A DNA stretch of 64,000 nucleotides from a virus. Lineage: Duplodnaviria; Caudoviricetes. Positions 20,601-29,600 of the stretch are shown one piece after another. Each line of letters opens with the position of its first letter. Position 1 is the first letter of the stretch. The position numbers and the translations under genes are program-made. The notes beneath the pieces were generated by a model. The model was not told the origin of the DNA. It saw only the letters and a program-made list of their open reading frames with translations, and made no database searches. Location of the stretch: positions 9,028 to 73,027 of IMG/VR virus record IMGVR_UViG_3300021387_000334; one strand, 5' to 3'.

Positions 20601-23600
20601 CGCCAAGGAGTCTCGACTGGCTCTTCTTTAACTCTTCTGCCTTCATGGGCTTCTTCAAAATATCCATTTCCACTTCCTCCACGTAGGAGTTATCGGCAAA
20701 CGGATTCTTGCCACCCGGCTCAACACCCTCTTCCCATACTTTCTTACCAAGGGTCTTGGCTCTCAATGGCATTTCGGTAATTTCCAAGTCGTTCTCGCCC
20801 ATTTCATTTAAGCGGTCTATCTCGGCTTGATACAGGTCGCCGATTTCGGCGAGCATCTTCTCCTGCTCGGCTACCTTCAACAGGGCCATTCTTCCCAATA
20901 CCTTGCTGGCAGTCTTGCCTGCCTCACCATCCTTTGTAGCATTGGCGATAAGCGTCTCAGCGGGCATCGTCTCAAAGCCTTCTCCCCATTTCAGCGGGTC
21001 AACCATCTTCGCGGCAAGGTCGGTATGTTCTGCCAAATACTGGATAACAATGTCATCACCATACTTGTTGATGATGTCCTGCACCTGCATTTCGTTGAAC
21101 TTCGACTTCTGCGAACTGGTGGTATTGGCATCCAGCGAACGGAGTTTTGCTTTCAGCATCATCAACAGACGCTGCTCACTCGGTATCTGAGAAACCACGT
21201 ACTCATACATACCTCGCAACACCTGTCCCGTGCGGTCGATACGTCCACGTATCTGTACCTCATCGTTCACGTCACCTTGTGCCTGGGCGACAATCATCAC
21301 GCGCTGACGCTGGTCATCAAACTTGCTCGAAGCATGAAGCGAGATACCTGTGCCTGCGCTCTTGTTCAGTATCAGCACATCAAGCTTTCCATTGTTGAAG
21401 TCTGCGGCGGTACGTTTCTTGTCGCTATCTTGACGCTTCACACGCTTCACAGTGCCATCTTCATTGTAGACGAACTCCTGCTTTCTACCTGTAAGCTCTC
21501 CAACTTTGTAGCCTGCTTTCTTTAACTCGTTCTTGATAACGTCAATCGGGCTGAGGCTCAATCCAGAAGAAGCATTCTCAATGGCATCCATGATTTCACG
21601 ATACCTTGCCTGCCCAGCCTCGCTCAACTCGTCGAAGGGTATCATTTCGTTGGTGCTGTTACCAAAGGCATCTTTCTTGGTGATACGGAGCGTGCCTTGC
21701 AGACCTTTCTTTAGGTTCACACTCAGGTCGGGCATTTCCATATCTTCACCTGTAGACACTTCATCGGCTGCTCCTTCATTGGTGTTTGCCAATGCAATAA
21801 CGGGCTTATGACCTTGCTTCAAGTGCTCAATGGCTCGCTTGGCTGTCTCTTCGGCTTTCAGAGAGAGTAGTACCTGCTGCACCATGTTATATGTACGTGA
21901 GGCGAATGGGGTGTTGTTGATGCCCATATCCCTTGTGCCTGGAGTGTGGTCAACCTCACCCTGCTCGTCTGCGGCTTCGTCATTCTTCTTATTGACGATG
22001 GGGTCTACATACCTGCGCTGGAAGTCGATGATGTCATTGAAGAGTCCTATAATGGTATCATACTGCTGACGCTGCTTCTCAATCACGGCTTCGTCCTCGA
22101 TACCCTTCCAGTCGATAGTAACACCTGTCATGTCTCGCTCACGGCGTATCATCTGTCCTGCCTCGGTCAAGGCTTTTGACATAATCTCTTGGAACGTAGC
22201 ACCGCCTTGTTTCACAGCATCAATCAACTCGCCTATCTTCACTCCTGCCTTGGCAATGGCGGTCTTTAGTGAATAGATAGGCATATTGCCTGGACGCTTG
22301 GCAAAGGTGGCAGAAAGGAAGGTTACACCTTTGGCCTTTGTGGTGATATATTGCAGATAGCCACTCACGGCACTTGTCTCACCTCCTGCATTGTGGCTTT
22401 CGTCCATAATCACATAACTATTCTCTGCAAGACGTTCAAGGGCATCGCGTTTAGCCTGCGAGTTATAGGCTCCCGTTGTCGGACTCTTCTTGCCGAAGTT
22501 ACGTGCCTTCTTCTGCCCTTCCTCATAGACCATCGTACCCCCCTTGAAGCTATCGTAGGTAGTGACAATATAGTCGTACTCAGGGGGTAACTTCCCGTAT
22601 TTATTGATGTAGTCAACTACTCGCTTCTGCTCCTTGTCGCTCGGCCGCTTATAGACTACATTGCCATTCTTATCCGTCACATCGGCTGAATGTTCTTCAT
22701 CGTCTGCACTCCAGATGAAGGGTCTTAATCCAGGACTACCGATGTCGCAAAGGTCGCGGTACATGTCGGAGAACAGTCCCTTCTTCACGGTTATGAATAC
22801 AGGGCAACCACCCTTCTTTACACCGTAGCGAATAAGAGCTGCTGCCTGTCTGCCTTTACCGATACCTGTCTGGTCGCCAATGATAAAGGCATTGCCTTCG
22901 TTCATCTGATGGATAGCCATTGCCACAGAGTCTATTTGCTCTGCTGCCAATCCTCCATGCTTTTCAGGTGATTGAGAGCCGTGATGCAAATCTTCAACAG
23001 AAGAATATCCAAGTTCTTTAACTAAGAACTCATCTACATCGCCTAATTCTTCAAGTGCTTTCTTTACAACCTCTGCCTGTTCTGCGGGCATCTGAGACTG
23101 CAAAGAATATGGATTCTTGCTTTGTTGTCTATATGGAACTTTCTCAGTACCTAATCGTCGTACTTCGACACTTGGCCGTGATCCCCCTCCGACGGATACG
23201 TCCACCCTTCCATCAGGTCGCTCAGTGTCGTTTCGTCTGTTAGGTACGTTTCCTCCTTGCTCTGCTGATGAAGGGGTGCTCCCACCTGGCTGCGAAGCCG
23301 TTGACCCGGTTCCGTGAACCACATCACCTCGTTCGCCCACGCTTGTATCTGTTCCTGTGTCGGCTCCCTTTGAGGTACTTCCGACACCTCCCGATACAGA
23401 CTGTCCGCCTGAATCCAGTAGTTGACGTTGCTTGCTGCCTCCTTCGCTTCGTACATTTCGTACTCCCGTCTGAGTAGTGTTTCCAGCATGTCCGTTATCA
23501 TGCTTTCCGTCACTCTCTCCGCTTTCTGTGTCGTGAACACTAGCGGGCTTGTTGCTGTCAGATAATATGTCATCGTTTACTCGTTTATATAATTCGTCAT

Positions 23601-26600
23601 AACTGTTAACTCTCTCCGCTCTTGCCTTCTGAATGGTAGGTGCAAAGCTTCTCGGATTGAACTCCTTGCGTCCGTTGATGAGTATCATCCGCACGGGGAA
23701 TCCCGTTCCCTGACGTGAGTAGAGCGTCTTGCCGTCCATGTTGATCACGTCTACCACGTTGTAGTGGGCATAGAGGTAGTTGAAGAAGGCTCTGTCCTTA
23801 CCCTTGATGCTGCCGTTCTGATTGTACTCGGTATTGCCTCCAATGATAATCGCGGCTCGCCCATCATCCTTCATCGACTCCAGGGCGTTGATGGCCATCT
23901 GGTGCTCCAACCCCGAAATCTCATACAGACCGTCGTAGGTCTTTGCAGGTACGTTGCCAAATGGAGGATTAGTTACCACCACGTCGTACTTCTTCTCACC
24001 GAATGGCTGTGTTCCGTCTTGGCTCGTCACCTCCGCAAATCCCTGCTTGGCAAGATTCGACAGACGCATCTCGTCAATATCGTTGACGTGCATTGCCTCC
24101 TTTGGCAGGTTGAGTGTCAGCATACCGTTTCCGGCACTTGGCTCCAGTCCGCTCTTAACTTCCTTGCCCTCTTTGAGGAACTTACCCATGAGGAATGCCA
24201 TAGGCGCAGGGGTCGAATACTGCTGCTTGTTGATGCGGTCATTGTCCCTTGCGTTGAGGCTGGGCTGACCCTCATACAACTTCACTATCTTCAGGAACTT
24301 CTTCTCGTCCGTCAGACCTTCCTTGTTGGCTATCTCACGGGCAAGGTTCACAACCTCTGTTTCAATCAGCTCCTGCAGGTCGGTGTCCGAAAGGTTCTCT
24401 ATCCCAAGTTCCTTCGCTATCTGCTTATAGGCACTCAGCGGCTTCGGTTGGTCGCCCCAGTTGACAATGCCTTGCAACTTTGCACGTATTTTCTTGGTCA
24501 GTTGTGTAAGTTTATGCTGCCTCTCGGCAAACTCCGCTGAGTCACCTTCCAACTTACTTGCTGGTTTCTGCTGCGAAGATACAACATTTTCCGGATCGTT
24601 GTTCTCGTCTTTGTGTTCGTTAACAGTCTGGTCGGTAGAATTACCATTCTTTAACCTCTCGGCATGCTCACTGAGCCTCATACGCTGTCCGTCAACGGTG
24701 TATTTCTGCTGCCATACCTCATCGACAAACTCACCGATAATGTCATCCTCCCAACCAAGCACTTCTTTGAGTTTCTGTCCAATGCTATCGGACATCTTCT
24801 TGCTCCACGTCTGCACATCATGCACACCGCTCTTGATATAGGCATAACCCACCTTTGAAGCCAGTCGTAACAGGTCTTTGAGGAACATTCTCTGCGCCTC
24901 GTTGGTAAGGGTAAAGGCATCAAGCAAACTGGCCTGTGCCTTATCGTTACCCTCCAGCCCCTTGCGCATGAACTTGTCAAGGACGTTTGAGCCCTTGGCA
25001 TTATCAAGGAAGTCGTTAAACTCCTTCAATGCATCGTCAATGTCCTTCTGGTCTTGTGACTTCTGCTCTTCACGGAATGACTGTGCTGCCTGCTCAATAG
25101 CGGCCATTGGGTCATTTTCTGCTCCCTTTTCAGCCATATACCTTTCCATAATTCGGGTAGCCTTATGGTAGCCGATTTTAAACTTCCTCTGTAATGCAGA
25201 ACTGTATGGTTTCTCCTGCTGGTCAAGCCAATCTTTTGCCACTGGGTAAAATTCTTCATCGGTAGCACTCTGCCAACTGTCTCTTTCTTCTTTCTTTTCT
25301 TTTGCTGGCTCGTTTCCTTCTTTTTTCTGCCGGTTTTCAGAAGAAGTTTTCTGTGCCCTCTCATAGATAGAGTCATAGTAGAAGCGGGAGATGGCACTAT
25401 CATCCTCGCCACGAAGGAAGTCGATGGCGTTCAGCTTCTCGTCCTCAAGAGCCCCCATGTCAGCCATGATCTGCTCTTCCGTCAACGGATGGGATGCCAG
25501 ATATTCCTCACGGCTCTGGGGCTGTCCAGTCACCGTACCTGTAGCGTCAGCTGCGGGTGTAAAACTAGTCTGCCGCCTTTCATTATCCAAGGCTCCACGA
25601 ATACGGCTTTTCCGCTCTGCCTCTGATTGCAGTTGGTCAAGCTTCTTCTGAGCATCTTGCAATGCCTTGCGCTCTGCGGCGGTACGACGATTGACACCCT
25701 CTTTGGTTCTGTCAGTACCACCCATATCATCAAAGGAGAATAATTGCCCTGGCTCTTGGAATGCCTCATCGTCTGAAAACATATCCGTTGCCCGGTCACT
25801 CTCCTTGGCTTGTGCCTTCTGTAGGTCGCTTGCTGCCTTGTCACGTTCCTTGATGGCTGCATCAATCTCTTGCTGCAACTGCGCTATGACATCGGCGATA
25901 ATCTGCTCCTCCTTCTCATTACGAGGCTGGAGGTATTCGTCTCGTTCAGTACCCTGCGGTACTTCCGCAGGTGTCTCGGTTACTACTGGCTCAGTACTTC
26001 CTTGGCTTTCTGTGCCTGCTGCTCCCGCTGCTGCTGGAGTCTCTGGTTTCTGCTCTTGTGGAGTTTTTGTCTCAGTTCGTTCCACGATAGTATCTCGCCC
26101 ATCGTTCCGTCCTTCTTCTTGTAAGGTATTGGCATAATCTAATATTGTTTGAATTTTACTTTTTACATCTTCTGGTGTCTGACTATCAGAGAATACGAGA
26201 ATTGTTCCATCATCATCACGAATAACGCCAGTTGTAAGGGCATAATCACGGACCTCGTTAACAGTCTCTTCATCAACGAAATCGCCACCATACACCTGAG
26301 AAGTGAGGTCAATCCACTCGTCATCGCTCATGCGGTCGGTGTCTACCAACTTGATTTGTGGCATACCCTCCTGCTGCATCAACTCTTGAACGAGTTTCAT
26401 CAGCTGGGTAATGGGCGAATCGGGAATATCCTCACCCTCAACAGGTGCTGCAAATGGCAGATTGGCTTCCATCTGAGCTATTTCCTCATCGGTAAGTGGT
26501 GCTACCTCTACCTCGGCTGGCTGCTGCGCTGCTGCCTCCTGCTCCATCTGTTGCTGGGCTTCAGGGGCTACACGTGCTGCCTGCTCTCTGCTGTTGACGG

Positions 26601-29600
26601 CATAGTCCACAACATCACTCTTGCTCTGTGCCGACTTCAACAGGTCAAGCAATGCCTCCTTGATTTCCTCGGTAGTCCACCGCTTTTCCTCTCCGACGCT
26701 GTTCTCAGGACTCTCCCATACCATGTGAACAAACTCGTCAACTCCAATACCTTCGCCTTTCTTGGCCAGCAGGGTCTCGATATACTTGGTGTCGCCACCA
26801 ATCATGCGGGTCCATCCCAATTCCTTCTGGAGTCCACGTTTGCCATTCACATCATCCCATGCAAGGTTACGCTTACGCCCTATCCACATCGAAACGAGTT
26901 CATAGACATCGTTGGCCTTGGTAAAGTCATCATCAAACAACTCGCCCAACTCCGCTTTCAGAGCCTTAATGCGCTCCTGCTTCTGCTCTTCAACGGTCTG
27001 TCCCGGTTGCGAAGGTACAACATTTTTTCCACTTTCATGCTGTCCGGTCTGATTATTTACGTTTTCTTCACCATTGGCAGGTGCTTCTTCCGTTCCCTGC
27101 GATAGCATCGCAGCCCTTTCCTTCAAAGCCTGATAGTAGTCAATAACACCTTGTGCCTTCTTTCTATCTATCAAGTCCTTGCGGGTCTTGGTAGCTTTGC
27201 CGTTAATCTTGTCGATAGTCTGCTGTGCTTCTGCAATAGAGGCATCAGCCACCTCACCGACATCAAAACCGTCGTTCTGAATATCCGCAATGGCATCGTC
27301 TACACTTACACCATTCTCATACCGCTTGATACCGTCCTTATCTATCACGCTTTCAATGCTGACAGCAGGTGTGCCTGCGGTATTTCCTGATGTGTCCGCC
27401 ACTGTTCCCGTTGCGTTAGCTGCAGGTGGGGTAGGAGTGGCAGGAGCGGTCGCCGACGGGGCGTTTCCTCCGGGCAAAGTCCCACTTTCCTCCGGGGAAA
27501 GTCCAGGTTTGCCCGGAGCAGACTGCGGCTGACTCAACGTCCCGTTGGGGTCGGACACCATTGTAACGCCCTGCCCCAGCCTTTCTACCTCCTGTGCTTC
27601 CCAGGCATCAAGTGTTACCCCGGAGGGGATGACACTATATCCCGACGCATCACTCAGCTGCACCATTTCGCCCGCTGCCTCATCAAAAGCAATGATAAGA
27701 CCCGAATCTGAGCCTGTGATACGTCCGTCGTTGGAGGTCTGTACGTTTCCGCTGACAAGGACATAGGTATTCGTGCCGTCCGTGATATTGACAATATTGG
27801 AAGTGTCGGGGTTGCCGTTGATGGTTCCCTTGAACGTTCTGCGCTGCCTGCCCATATTGGCAGCTTCCGCTATCTTTCTCTGAGCCTCAGCCATGTAGGC
27901 ATTGAACTTGGCTTGCGCATTGTAGTAGTCGATGACGGTCTGGCGATCCTGCGGAGAGAAGCTATCGAGTGAAGAGACGATTTCCTGCGGGAAGAATCCC
28001 TGCTGCTCCATCCTCTCTACCTCCTGCATCAAGTCCTCGTTGCGGGAGAACAACTGCTGACGTGCGGCCTGCGCTGCTGCCCACCCTTCGGTTATCTCCT
28101 TGCCTGCATTGTTTTGTGGGTCAATGGCATCCTCAGTACTCGTCACCTGATTGACCACGCCTTCTGCTGCCTCCGCACCCTCTTGGGCTGACACCTCGGT
28201 ATGCACTTCTGTATTGGGGTATGCAAGACCCTTCAGGAACTCGCGAGCCTGGTCGGCCATCTGCAACTCTTCTTGGGAAAGCTGCATGGGGTCGGCCTCA
28301 GAAAGTTCCCTTATTGTTCCGGCTTCCCAGCCGTTCTCCTCTTCGAAGGCTGCTATGGCCTCACGGGTGGCACGCGCTTTCTCTATGACACGCTGGTTCT
28401 TGCGCTCCTGGAACTGACGGCCAATCTCCGTTTCGGGGTTCTGTATGTCGGCAAGCTGCTCCGGAGTGGGGTCTTCGCCAAGAAATTCAGCCACAAGATC
28501 GGAACTCTCCGGGTAAGACATGCCCACCGACAGTTGCAGATAGTCCTTCATGTCCTGCGACTGCTGACGCATCTTCAACTCTCCCTGATAAGCCTTGGCC
28601 TCGTCTTCCGTCTCGAACGACTGTTGCCCAATGACATTCCCGAAGGCATCAAGCGAGGCGACAGAGAAACTGCCATCATCATTCTTCTTGATTGAACTAC
28701 TGTTCATCCTTGGCTGATACTCGGCCATTACCGCACCTTTCCTCTCCAACACCTTCCCAGCATAGTCGAGGACAACCTTTCTCTCATCCTGCGACATATT
28801 GGCATTGTTGATGTAGGCTGTTATGGTGGAGTTAAGGGCAATAGGATCGTCTGCTACTGACTGAATGACGGTCTTCATATCATCCCAGTCGGCAAAGAAC
28901 TTATTCCCTTTCTCGTCAATCTTACTCATGCGGTTGTTCCACTTGTCCCAGGCGTAGGCCTTTGTGTGGAGGGCTGATATAAAACCGCCCATCAGAGCCA
29001 CGCCTGCGAAAGTGTCAATGTGCTGCTGGAGATTGAAGATACCCGTGTCCTCGGCATTATCAAAAGTCATATCGCCAACGGTAGCGGCATTGGCCAGATT
29101 TCCAAGTTCCTCTTCAATATACTCACTAAACACACCGTGCCACTGGGTCTTTTTCAGGAAGTTGTCAAGTCCCTGACTGATGGCACCAAGACCACGCTGA
29201 CTTGTCACGTCGAAGATAAAACGCTGGGCCTTGTTAAGACTTACGTCACCAAGACGGCCTGTCAGATTAAGTGCTTCACGCCCAGCCTTTCCTATTACGG
29301 CCTTGCCAATAGCATTACGGAGAATACCCGTCACGGGGGCAAGATACTCACCCCACATCTCGGAAGAGTTCCCTATGCCGTTGGCTACCCATGCCTTGGT
29401 GAAGGCTTCCATAGGGCTGATTCGTTTCTCCTTATCCTTGAAGATGATGTTACCCTGCTGGTCAACATTCTCCACCATGCCCTCGGAATATCTCTTGGCG
29501 GCATCGGCAGAGGTTCTTACCAAGCCTGTAGTCGCTGCCATTATCTGACCGCCAAGCACGTCACCCGCTACCCTTGTGGCAATCTTGCTGGCAAGCACTC